Source of the DNA: Paraspadella gotoi
Lineage: Eukaryota; Animalia; Chaetognatha
DNA: 64,000 nt
NCBI GenBank assembly: GCA_051294375.1
Contig: CM119269.1
Location: forward strand, 19,815,936 to 19,879,935
Direction of reading: 5' to 3'
Shown in pieces: positions 13,728 to 26,112 of this stretch. Within the stretch, counting starts at the first letter, position 1, and each line of letters begins with the position of its first letter. Made by a program: the position numbers and the translations under genes. The notes under the pieces are model-generated. The model saw only the letters and a list, made by a program, of their open reading frames with translations. It did not search any database and was not told the DNA's origin.

Positions 13728-13765
13728 TACATGTTTCGACTCTTAGTATTACGAGTCTTCATCAG
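13728..13765 (-). ncRNA. Minimal hammerhead ribozyme motif (Penelope-type)
   Basis: Minus strand reads CTGATGA-A-GACTC-gtaatactaa-GAGTC-GAAAC-AT-GTA: intact CUGAnGA and GAAA cores, a 5-bp stem II, palindromic ACATGT stem III and an NUH cleavage triplet. Confidence 0.75.
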
Positions 13766-13807
13766 CAAATGAATTCAATAGACCAAAAATTTTTTAAACA
13801 TTAGTTT

Positions 13808-13840
<33 letters not shown>

Positions 13841-13932
13841 TTTCCAACAAAGAATTGAGCAAGGATAGTGGTCAGATGTGAGGACAGGTGAAAGTAGGGA
13901 AAGAGAGAGCAAATGATTTTTGAAATTGGTGA

Positions 13933-13965
<33 letters not shown>

Positions 13966-13982
13966 CACAGGGATCAATACAT

Positions 13983-14069
13983 TAGGCAATGTACAACAGT
14001 GAAAAATTTTAGAAAAAACTAAATATTTAACAATTTTTTCTAAAATTTTTCACTGTTGTACATTGTCTA
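13983..14069. repeat. Near-perfect hairpin / tiny foldback element
   Basis: CAATGTACAACAGTGAAAAATTTTAGAAAAAA ... TTTTTTCTAAAATTTTTCACTGTTGTACATTG, arms ~32-36 bp. Confidence 0.85.
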
Positions 14070-16070
14070 TGACTTAAAAAAAAATGCCAGGGGCCTAGTG
14101 TAAATCTTAGGTACCATAATGATAATATTTACTCCTGATTTTCATTGGTATACTTAATACTTATCCAATTTACCGTGTCCGCGATTGACCCCTAATTGTT
14201 GAATTTTATGGAATTATCTTTCTATTTTTAGTGCTATTAGTGCTCTTAGCCTTGCTCGATGCTCATTTATCGTTTGAATGTCAAAGTGTTTCTTTTATCG
14301 TTTTATCGTTTTATCTTTTTAACGTTTTCACTGTCAAATTGTTTCTTTTATTTCAAAAAAAAAAAAAAAAGTCCAAATGGGGTCGATCGATGCCGGTTTA
14401 AAAAAAAACGTAGGGTCGGCTAGTTTTATACTTGGCGTGTTAATTCGTCCGTTTATACAAAACCCCACGGAGCGATTAACGTTGGCGGGGGAAAGGATTT
14501 TCTCCGGTGATTAATCACTCTATTATTTCCTTCGTAACTGAGACTCGCGATTAGAACCGGAGCCAAAAAACCGAACGAGATCGTTAATGAGAATGCGGAG
14601 AATGGAATCGACGGCGTTGGTGGGGAATCGTTAGCGAGGGTGGGATCGTTAGTCGTTAGCTGTATGGAAATGTAAGTACTTTAGGTCCTGAGTTAATTAT
14701 TAGTGGAAAGCAGAGTATAAAGGGTGTAAAAATACGTTGGAGATAAAAAAAAACGTTTAAAAGATAATATCTGGATGAAAAAAAGCTCTAACTCCGAGAG
14801 AATAAAGGGAACATTGAATGGAATCAAAGGCAAAGAATAAAATGACCGACTTGTGATTAAGATGGTGGCGGGTCATCGGTCATCTTTGCCAACTCGTGGA
14901 AATCACGAAGTCGGGGCGCAAAGAAATGTAACAGATGTGGCGACGTGAATATACCGCCACACAGATATCCAAATATCCAAAATCGAATATCAAAATGATA
15001 ATAATCGGATGTACCCCGAGTCCGTTCTCGAGTAACAAAATAGTTTTACTATACTTTTAATACCTAATAAAGATAATTAATAAGTATATCATTACTTAAA
15101 TGCTATGTAGAAGTTTCATTTCATGTTTTATTCATTTACTATTCTAAAAAATTAAATTGGGTGATTGTAAAATAGGTTTCTTTACATAAATATATATTAA
15201 ATTAATATTAATATTATTATTATAAACGTCTAATACTTTGCTACAAGATGGGAGGAAGAAATTTTAAAATATTCCAATTAAAATGGTAAGCTTTTTGTGT
15301 GTGTCACTCGCGAACGGACAAGGGGTACGTATAAGTTACGTAAGCACTCTCGATTGTTGTTTCTCTGATTATTCAGCACGTCCGGGGCCAAACGCTTCAT
15401 GGGAAAATGATTTCAGGATTTTTATGGCGGATGTTCCATCGGCTTTGAGAGAACATCCCGTTTCTATGGTGACGAAGCAATATGATCGTAAAAGCCGGAA
15501 TTTTACATCACAGTGGATTAAAAATTAATGTATAACAATAAAATCATAATATATTTTTTTTTTAAAAACTTGTTTATAAAAATGTCTATATTCCAGATTT
15601 TAAAGTTTTACACATCCAATTCATACACTTTTGCGTCGGCCGAATTATTGACATTCTTCCAGTAGAGATATTCTTCTCTATATTTCTTAATTTAATACGA
15701 AAAATGGTCTTTCTCTTTTCTATGAAGGAAGATCATACATAGCAGCTTTATTTTTTTAATTGTTTTCTCTCCTTCTTGAAGCAAACTTTTTGGATATAAT
15801 TATCATAATAATTAAAGAAAATCGGTTGTGGGGACGTCACCTTGGGGGTCCTTGTTGAACGCTTGCCGGACACCAGGGAATATGTAAATGGCATAAATCC
15901 TTTATTCAATTTTTTGTCTCACGACAAATTTTCTCATTAATTTTTATCTTGTTGTTTGATTGTTGTTGTTTTTACATCACCCGACGGGATAAAATATAAG
16001 ACTACGAAAAAAAAATCCGTTCTGTTGCAACATAACTGGCGATGCGTCTGGAGAGATGATGGAGGATGGG

Positions 16071-16107
<37 letters not shown>

Positions 16108-16269
16108 GAGAAGAGAGAGAGAGAGAGAGAGAGAGAAGAGGAGTGAGGTGCCGCATCAGTGCCACATACAGAGAGAGCGCGGAAGACAGGGAAAGAGAGG
16201 GAGAAGAGAGAGAGAGAAATGTGTCCGGGCTTCGGTTTACATTAGAAAGAAGAAAGAGAGAGAGAGAGA

Positions 16270-16307
<38 letters not shown>

Positions 16308-16638
16308 AGAGAGAGGGAGAGAGACGCTCTAGGCAGCCGCTCTGGGATGGCCGGAAAGCACGAAAATTCTTTGGGGAAAGAGAGAGAGGGATAAGAAGGA
16401 AAGGAAAGGAAGTTCGGGAAGAGGGAGAGGAAAATGGAGAAGGAAATAAGGGGGAAGGAGCCACGCCCGTAGGACAGGTAAGAGAAGAATGTAGTAGGAT
16501 ATAATAAGAAGGAGGGAACGAGAAATATAGAGGTGAGGAGGTATTAAGAAAAACAGAGAAGAAATGTAAGGAAAAGGCAGAACTAGGAAGAGAAATGATG
16601 AATTGGGGAAGTTAGGAAAACAAGGACAAGTTTTTAAA

Positions 16639-16672
<34 letters not shown>

Positions 16673-18501
16673 GCATGCTTTTCGCTCAGACGTGAAGTCC
16701 TTTCTGACTCGGTGAAACGACTGTCAAAGTCAACAGAATTCGATGACTTTATAAGTTTATTTGTTATAAACTTAAAGTCGATTAACTAAAGTTACAAACA
16801 ACGCGGCTAAAAAACTCAAACCCAACAACATGATAAGACCCATGGCGGCAATGCTTTCTGCATTCAACATCCGGGAAATTTTAAAAAATATTTTAAGGAT
16901 CTTTAATCAATTCTTTTATGTTTTCTTGCTCGAAAATTTTTTCCTTGTTCCGCGTGTGACAATTTTTTTGATCTCAACCGGCGGATTAAAGTCACGTATC
17001 TGGAAAGTCACGAGAGCTGAGAGTCATCGATACATTTAATCAATTTTTTTTTTGTTCTTGTTTCTTTTATTCTCACAATACCATATTATATATCACATAT
17101 CATATAATCATATTACCTGCTTCTATTCCCTCATTTACGTGTTATCCATGCAAAAATACTGCCCAACGGCTTCAATTAAATCCGTTCATTAACAACGAGG
17201 ATAGAAAGGCTTCAACACCTTTGCAAATTCCTGTTTTCCCCGAATGCTTAAAATCTCACCCCTTTCCTTTCTCCCTATCTTTCAGTCCTTCAGCCCCGCC
17301 TTACCCCCCTTTTTCTCCCCTAGCCCTTTAACCCCTTTCTCGTCTCCCAGAAATGTCAACGGTGAAAAAGGTTTCTCGCCCGGTTGATCTCGAAACCGAG
17401 GAAAGGTGGATAGTATATAGTCGGTTATATGGGCTGAAAGTAGTTCCAGGCTTCCTGCAAAGGCGCCGGGCGCGGTTGTGGTCGTTTGTCGTTTCGAAAT
17501 CGAGGCTGCTCTGTCTCTCTCCTCTCTCTCTCTCTCTGTCTTCTATCTACTCGCGGATCTGCGCTCGTCGTCTGTCCTCCCGTCTCCCTCACATCTCGTT
17601 CTTTCTCGTCCGTCTCGTCCTCCGCACTCCCTTCTCCCTCGCATCCTCCCGCTTCCTCTCCCGCGATGACCATACCCTCGCTGCACGCTGCCTTCCTCTC
17701 GCGTCCACTCAGCGCCTGTTCAGTCCGCCGTTCACCGCTGTCCTCTCCTCGCTCTTCCTCTCGTCCTTCCGTCTGGCTGCTTCCCTGAGATGGCTGGCTC
17801 ACAGACACTCCATCCGGTTCTCGTTATCATCCCTTCTCGAGAGGCGACTTGTCGTCTCTGTCTCTCTAGTCCTCTCTTCTCCGTCTCTAGTCCGCTCCTC
17901 ATCCTCCCTCTTCCAGTGCGCCTTCGAGTTTTCGTCTCCTTCTGCTCGCTTGCCGTCGTGACTCTCTTCCCGAGTCTCCGCTCATGTTCTCTCTCCATGT
18001 CGAGATCCGAGTCTCCCTCCTCTCTTCTCCTCTCTCGTCCTCTCTCGTCTCTCTTCTTAATTGTTCGCTGACTTTGGTCCTTATCTTGTTTGTTCCATTT
18101 TCCTACTGGCCAAAGTCTCGAAAACCCGGAAAGGTTCGTCTGATGTCTGCAGATGCACGCCCCGTCACGCGTAAAGCCACGGTTTTCTGTCGTGCGCGGC
18201 CGCAGAGACGGGGAACGGAGCCCGGTGGCGACGAGTGCGTCGATAGCCTGCTGGGCGCCTTTACGGAAAAGTAGAGTCCTGGCCTTCTTCAAACGCAGCG
18301 GGCCGGGCGGCGCGGCGGCGGCCGGGAGGAAGAGGAAGATGAGGAGGAAAAAGATGGAAACCAGGATTCCAGAAAAGAAACGCGCGGGTGCGTTGAACGA
18401 GGGAAACGGAGAGAAGGAAGGACGAATGACGATCGACGAGAGGCAACAGCTTCGAAGAAGCCCAGAATGATGAGAGCAAGAGAGGAAGAGAGAAGGAGAG
18501 A

Positions 18502-18555
<54 letters not shown>

Positions 18556-18638
18556 AGAGAAGAGAGAGAAAAGGGGAGCGAACGGATGATTAGGGTAAAA
18601 CCAGCGCCGTCCAGTTAACGCGCATCAGAGAGCGAAAT

Positions 18639-18686
<48 letters not shown>

Positions 18687-19282
18687 AGAGAGAGAGAGAG
18701 AAGAGAGAGAGAAGAGACAGAGACAGACTTAAACAATTATTAGTGTTATAAAGGCGTGGGTCCCATTATGATCACAACAAAAGCTAGAATTTGAAAAAAA
18801 ATTTTAGGTAATAATTAGGCGCTATTAAATTTAACGCTTCTTTACAATTTTTTCAATGTTATCGAGCCTTTTCGGCGAAATTAATAGTTATCCTCAAACT
18901 TTCCTTTTATTTACACTCGGTTCGCGATCGCTTTTTTGCTTTCATTTTTCTTTACCTTTGCGAACGGTTAAAATCAGAGTAAAAATCGCCGTCGGAGCCT
19001 AAAATGTTAGTCGCTAATTAACTTTTGCGTGAGCCTGTTTTTTGCGAAACTGAACCCTCCAAAGTTACATCGTAGTGAAAAGTACAGAAAGTATAGATAA
19101 AATCGAAATTGTAGCTCCATGAGTGTATGTATGTAAATGTTAAAAAAAATCTTACTGTTACATTTAAAAGCAGTACGGAAGAAACCTGGTTTCACTATTT
19201 GATTATGCTTATAATATATATAGTAAAATGTAAGTGCAAGCTAGAATTAATTATCTAATCAGCGAGTTTAATATTTATATAA

Positions 19283-19460
19283 CAAGTTTGAGCAAACAAT
19301 GCCGGATCTGTTCATGTAATTAGCCGTAAGGCAGCTGAATCAGATAATCAATTATAACAATACTTTAAAATTAATCAATAAATTAAATTATTTCATCAAT
19401 CTGATCAGCAGCTTCAGCTTAATAATCATGAGCAGATCCGGTATTTGTTTGCTCAAACTT
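19283..19460. repeat. Foldback/MITE-like inverted repeat (second copy at ~26645-26817)
   Basis: AAGTTTGAGCAAACAATGCCGGATCTGTTCATG ... CATGAGCAGATCCGGTATTTGTTTGCTCAAACTT. Confidence 0.75.
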
Positions 19461-21955
19461 ATTTCATTTTTTCTTCTTTTTTCCATCGATAAGTAAGAAT
19501 TATGATTTAACGAATTATTAAAAACCAAAAATTTATGTCTTCGGGATCTCGCCTCAAAGAGATAATTTAATGTACAGGAAACCACATTGAGAAGGGTGAA
19601 TACAACTGGAAAATACTTAGGTTTTAATCTGAAATCGAGTAAAAATCCTTTTCCAGACCTAATGTTGTCAATATTTATCATACACGCTTAAAAAACCCCA
19701 AAGGACGCTTTTCTTTGGACATCTTTTATATTGTAATTGGTGTATCCTTTTTAACTGACAGATGTGGAGTAAAGGATCAAGTGTTAAATGTAGCATTAAA
19801 AATTGATGGTTTTAAGGAAAATTTTTTTGGGATTGGGCAGATTGGCAGAATATTCAAACTCTGAATGGGGAAATCTTTTAAGATTAGCCCTGACTTATAT
19901 ACAGTTATACATATTCTACTATAAAAGACAATCAAAAGTTTTAACGAAAAATTATCCATACAAATATGTCCCATATTTGAAAAAAAAACTTTTTTGTGGA
20001 TTTATTTCTCCTGTATTGGTTTACTGTAATTAAAATTGTGGTATTTTGTTATGTCTGTATCATTAATTTAATATGGATAAAAACACTTCATTTTTATTTT
20101 TTTTTTTTTGTCCATTTGGTTGCCTTTTTTTAATTAACTATGATATTTATATTTTTTTTTTATATTTTCTTTCATTTTTCGTTCTTCAGTTAGTTTTGTG
20201 GTCATTCGTGTGATGTGCTCGTAGTTGTAGTATTTGTCGTGTGGATTTTTATAGGCGGCTTATGGTATTTATAGTAGTGGTAGTGTGGTGGTAATTGTGG
20301 TTAAACTGGTTTTGGTGATTGTTTAAAGTTTTAATTTAATTTAATTTAGCTTTATATTTCCTTACTGTACTAAAGGAAAACTAAATAGTAAAATATATTT
20401 TTTTTCTTTTTCCATTAAATTTTTTCTACTTGGATCATTCATATAAATAATTGGGCGTTCCAAAGCTACAGGGGACGGAACAGACGGACAGACCGAAAAA
20501 ATGTTTTTCAAATTAGATTTCTAGGTGATTTTAAGGCAAGATTGTTGCTGGGGACCAAAACGGACTGAACAAGAGACTTATAGAATAAAGCGTTAAGCAG
20601 ATCTGGCTAAAAACAGAAAAAACCGAAACAAAAAAGAAACCCAAACTGGTTTCGGAGCTTTCGTTCGTCCAAAAATTAAGGTCTTTTTTGTTTAAAAGAG
20701 CTCACTTGGTTTTCTTTCATTGCCATTACAGATGGCGAAGCTTCATATATTCGCATACTAGTGACAAAAATACAGAGAATATTTTAAAGCACTTTTATTC
20801 CCCTCTCAAAAATAGATATATTTTGACCAACTTAAATGGAAAAAATTTTAAAATGATCTATTAAACATATATTACCCATACTTTTTTATAAAAAAATATT
20901 TTTGGATAATCATTAACTGTATTCCAGCTCGCCGTTCTCAATAATTCTTGACGGATGTTACGCATCTCCGCATCAAAATCCACTTATCGTTTTATCTTGC
21001 AAAAAATAAAAATAACAAAAAACACCTTATCCGATTAAACTTGTTCACACATTTTGCAAAACCCTCACCCATTCTCCGGACCTATTTAAAAAAAAACTTA
21101 CTCCAATCTATCCAATTATTTTGTTTTGGCATTTTCCATCATTCGCAAGAAATTAAAAAAAAAAACTCGTTATTGTAGAATTCAAATTTATTTTTCAACA
21201 GAAACCAAAATACTGGTAAGTAATGTTTTTACAAAAAAAAACCATTTTACAACCATAGAGATACATACAAAATATATATACAATGTTTGTTTTGGCGAAG
21301 ACCAGGTATTAAAAAAAGTTTTAGTTCCTGTTACAAACCAATTTTTTTTAACTAGTCACTTGATTTACTGTCGGCGACACAACTCCTAAAGCTTGATGCC
21401 AAGTTGATAGGTTCTGTGGGGAAACGTCGGTTATTTGTTTTATTTGATTCGTTCGTAGGCTGAATTTTCAGTTAATAACGGAAGATAAGGGAAAAAATAC
21501 ATTAACTAAATTTTATATATAAAATAAAATAAACGGTTATTTTGAAAAAAAAATAACAAATGAAATAAAAAAGAAGAGAATTGATCTATTTGATTGACTT
21601 GACACAGATGAACAGTGCCTGCGATGATTCTGCAAAATTTGTAAGATATTGGTATCGTTAAAGAAAAATAACAATTTAAAAAGAAGCAGACAAGTCAATT
21701 AAAGTCCGCCGCATCGCCAAGTTTGACTAAGAAATTTTTTTTTCCCGTTCTGATCTTTTAATATTTATTGCAAGGATTTCCATACGTTCGACATCGAAAA
21801 AATAAATTTTCAAAAAAGTTCTTCCTTGAATAAAAGTATTGAGTCCAGAATTGTATGGCTTGGGCTTCCACATAGTTTTGGCCCGCTGTACAAGGAAAAA
21901 CTTTTATCAAGAACAGTTTAAAATCGATTTTTTTTTTTCAAAAAGACTGGATTAT

Positions 21956-22578
21956 TAAGGCGTAGTAACAAATTTTTCAAAATTTAACTTTAATTAAAAT
22001 TCCTAAAAGTGAAGGAACGAACACTTTATACTAATAAAAATTAATGTAATTAAAAAAAATTTATAATAAATTTGAACAAGTTTACGCCAGTAGGCCATAT
22101 TTTACTAGTAACTACAATAAATGTTAAAATTTTAAAAACAGTTTTTCTAAAAGATTTTTTTTACAGATTTGGATTCGTCCATAAAAAGTTGATAAAAAAG
22201 AAATATAACTCTTTTTGAAAATTCTTCATTAAGTGGGTTCAAAGAATTAGAAAAGCTATATTTAAAAGCTGAAAATTAACTTTTATATATTAATAATAAT
22301 TTGTTTTAATTTTAACCCACTAAATAAAGAATTTTTACAAAATGATTTATATTTTCCTTTTATCAACTAGTTTGACGAGGAATTCAAATCTGCATCAAAA
22401 TTTAAGAAAAGCCATATTTTTAAATTTTTCGATTTTATAAGGATAGTACTATAGTATAATAAATTAGTACTGCGAAAATTAAAGACATAAATTACATTTT
22501 TTTTACAAATTAATGTTCACTGATTGTTTCCATAATTGACCTTTTAGAAATTTTTCGTATTAACTTCACTACGCCTTA
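21956..22578. mobile_element. AT-rich MITE with short TIRs (second copy at ~29186-29790)
   Basis: Ends TAAGGCGTAGT ... ACTACGCCTTA. The interior resembles the old element at ~35380-39064 that was split by the hAT insertion. Confidence 0.55.
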
Positions 22579-23746
22579 CTGGTTTTATAAACCAGAAACA
22601 TAAAAGATTTTGTCAACCAAATGTTATTGCAGTAAATTTAATTATTAAAAAAAAAGTTTTTGTTGGGTATAAAAGTCGTAATATATCCGAACTCCCGCCA
22701 AGCTTTAACAGAAGCAAAACTACGTATGTTGTTTCTAAAATTCGATTTTAAATTAAGACCTCAACCGTAACATAGCCGCGTTTAGTTTTGGATTTTTTGT
22801 TCAAAGAGCGATTCGCAGTACAAAAATAGAATTCCATAGAATTGCTAAGAGTCAATTATCCTTTTTTAAAGGTCAATGATCTATCTCCGCATTACTTTTT
22901 GAGAATCATAGAAAATTGATAAACGCAAACATTTGGTTTTTTCATAGTCATAATTATGGAAATTATCTATTACCTTCCTAATTTTGTTTTTATTAGTTTC
23001 AATTTAATGGAACCAACAAAAATTAAAGTTTTGATGCAGAGATATAAATGCCATTTGAATTATTTTTTTAAACAAATAATTTAGGTGGCGATTTTTAGAT
23101 CATAAAAGACGAAAAGTAAAAAGTTGGCTCTTATTTTTCCTCAGAAATTTAAGAAAATCACATTAACACTGTCGTCAAATCGTGTTGGTGGTCTTTTCCT
23201 GTCATTGTCCACTCCCTTCCACATCCCTTCTATCCCTTAAACCGACCTCTCCGGGGAGAAGTGCCGTTCTTTTTCCGACCGGACCGCGAATCGTCGCTGT
23301 GAAGGCGTCGGTTGTTGTCCTCGGTCGGTGGGGGGCGCAAGGCGGCGGTTTCCACGTTAGGGGTTAGGCTCCTCAGGGACAGCCGGCGTCCCGCGTAAGC
23401 CCGTAATCGGGCGTGGGATTCCGGGGTGTCCGTAGCCTAATTGAGACTGTTGGGGGTGGGGCGTTGAGGACGGGATTGACGTGACCAATCAGCCGAACTC
23501 CGCCGGTTTTAGTCGAGATCATCCTCTCTCGTCGAATCCCGCCACGCTCGGCGTGGATCCAGCGCGCCGGCCGTCGACGCCGCCGTGGAAGCAGCGCCGG
23601 CCGCCCTTGTCTTTCTTTGCGCGCAAGAGTAGACCTTTTGCGCAAATGAACGCATGAGGATTGATGGGCGCAGAGGATGACGAGGATGACGGGCGATGAT
23701 GATTCCAGCGACGGGCGCCGANNNNNNNNNNNNNNNNNNNNNNNNN

Positions 23747-23780
<34 letters not shown>

Positions 23781-26078
23781 TCTAGGCGCGCTGGAAGATG
23801 CGAAAGCACGAAAATCTTGGGAAAGAGGAGGAGGATAAGGAAGGAAAGGAGGAAGTGGAGGAAGAGGAGGAGGCCGAGGAAGAGGAAGAAGAGGATAATA
23901 ATAAGAGGGAACGAGAAATATAGGAGGTGAGGAGNNNNNNNNNNNNNNNNNNNNNNNNNNNNNNNNNNNNNNNNNNNNNNNNNNNNNNNNNNNNNNNNNN
24001 NNNNNNNNNNNNNNNNNNNNNNNNNNNNNNNNNNNNNNNNNNNNNNNNNNNNNNNNNNNNNNNNNNNNNNNNNNNNNNNNNNNNNNNNNNNNNNNNNNNN
24101 NNNNNNNNNNNNNNNNNNNNNNNNNAAAAAAAATCGCAAATCTTTTCGCTCAGACGTGAAGTCTTTCTGACTCGTGAACGACTTCAAAAGTCAAAAAATT
24201 AATGACTTTATAGTTTATTTTATAAACTTAAAGTCGATTAACTAAGTTACAAACAACCGGTAAAAAACTCAACCCAACAACAATGATAAGACCCAGCGGC
24301 AATGCTTTCTCATCAACATCCGGGAATTTTAAATATTTTAAGGTCTTTAATCAATTCTTTTATGTTTTCTTGCTCGAAAATTTTTTCCTTGGTTCCGCGT
24401 GTCAATTTTTTGATCTCAACCCGGATTAAAGTCACGTATCTGGGAAGTCACGAGAGCTGAGAGTCATCGATACATTTAATCAGATTTTTTTTTGTTCTTG
24501 TTTCTTTTATTCTCACAATACCATATTATATATCACATATCATATATCATATTACCTTGCTTCTATTCTCATATTACCGTGTTATCCATCAAAAATACTG
24601 CCAACGGCTTCATTAAATCCGTTCATAACACGAAGGATAGAAAGCTTCAACACCTTTGCGAATTCCTGTTTTCCCCGATGCTTAAAAATCTCACCCCTTT
24701 CCTTTCTCCCATCTTTCAGTCCTCAGCCCCCCCTTCCCCCCCCTTTTTCTCCCCTCACCCTTAACCCCTTTCTCGTCTCCCAGAAAATTACGGTGAGAAA
24801 AGGTTTCTCCCGGTTGACTCGAAACCAGGAAAGGGGGATAGTATATCGTCGGTTATATGGGCTGAAAGTAGTTCCAGGCTTCCTGCAAAGGCGCCGGGCG
24901 CGGTTGTGGTCGTTTGTCGTTTCGAAATCGAGGCTGCTCTGTCTCTCTCCTCTCTCTCTCTCTCTGTCTTCTATCTACTCGCGGATCTGCGCTCGTCGTC
25001 TGTCCTCCCGTCTCCCTCACATCTCGTTCTTTCTCGTCCGTCTCGTCCTCCGCACTCCCTTCTCCCTCGCATCCTCCCGCTTCCTCTCCCGCGATGACCA
25101 TACCCTCGCTGCACGCTGCCTTCCTCTCGCGTCCACTCAGCGCCTGTTCAGTCCGCCGTTCACCGCTGTCCTCTCCTCGCTCTTCCTCTCGTCCTTCCGT
25201 CTGGCTGCTTCCCTGAGATGGCTGGCTCACAGACACTCCATCCGGTTCTCGTTATCATCCCTTCTCGAGAGGCGACTTGTCGTCTCTGTCTCTCTAGTCC
25301 TCTCTTCTCCGTCTCTAGTCCGCTCCTCATCCTCCCTCTTCCAGTGCGCCTTCGAGTTTTCGTCTCCTTCTGCTCGCTTGCCGTCGTGACTCTCTTCCCG
25401 AGTCTCCGCTCATGTTCTCTCTCCATGTCGAGATCCGAGTCTCCCTCCTCTCTTCTCCTCTCTCGTCCTCTCTCGTCTCTCTTCTTAATTGTTCGCTGAC
25501 TTTGGTCCTTATCTTGTTTGTTCCATTTTCTACCCCAAGTCTCGAACCGGAAATCGTTGATTCGCAATGCCACGCCCTCACCGCGTAAGCCACGGTTTTC
25601 GTCGGCGGCGGCCGCAGAGACCGGGGACGGAGCCCGGTGGCGACGAGAGGCGTCGATGCCTGCTGCGCCTTTACGAAAAGTAGAGTCCTGGCCTTCTCAA
25701 ACTGCAGCGGCGGCGGCGGCGGCGGCGGCCGTGGAGGAAGAGGAAGATGAGGAGGAAAAAGATGGAAACCAGGATTCCAAGAAAAGAAACGCGCGGTGCG
25801 TTGAACGAGGGAAACGAAGAAGAAGACGNNNNNNNNNNNNNNNNNNNNNNNNNNNNNNNNNNNNNNNNNNNNNNNNNNNNNNNNNNNNNNNNNNNNNNNN
25901 NNNNNNNNNNNNNNNNNNNNNNNNNNNNNNNNNNNNNNNNNNNNNNNNNNNNNNNNNNNNNNNNNNNNNNNNNNNNNNNNNNNNNNNNNNNNNNNNNNNN
26001 NNNNNNNNNNNNNNNNNNNNNNNNNNNNNNNNNNNNNNNNNNNNNNNNNNNNNNNNNNNNNNNNNNNNNNNNNNNNNN

Positions 26079-26112
<34 letters not shown>

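Larger units (their letters stand above)
16310..23721. repeat. Copy 1 of ~7.4 kb tandem duplication (insertion-rich; probably an assembly/haplotype artefact)
   Basis: Colinear with 23747-30859 throughout (e.g. 16325 cgctctaggc = 23778; 23701 gattccagcgacg = 30845). It ends at an N-gap and carries a frame-broken copy of the 3' part of the receptor's last exon (23237-23721). Confidence 0.9.

Noticed and set aside
17353-17961. 202-aa Ser/Leu/Arg-rich ORF (and its twin at 24793)
   Set aside because: Low-complexity pyrimidine-rich DNA open in several frames, with no domain motif, and the start differs between copies.
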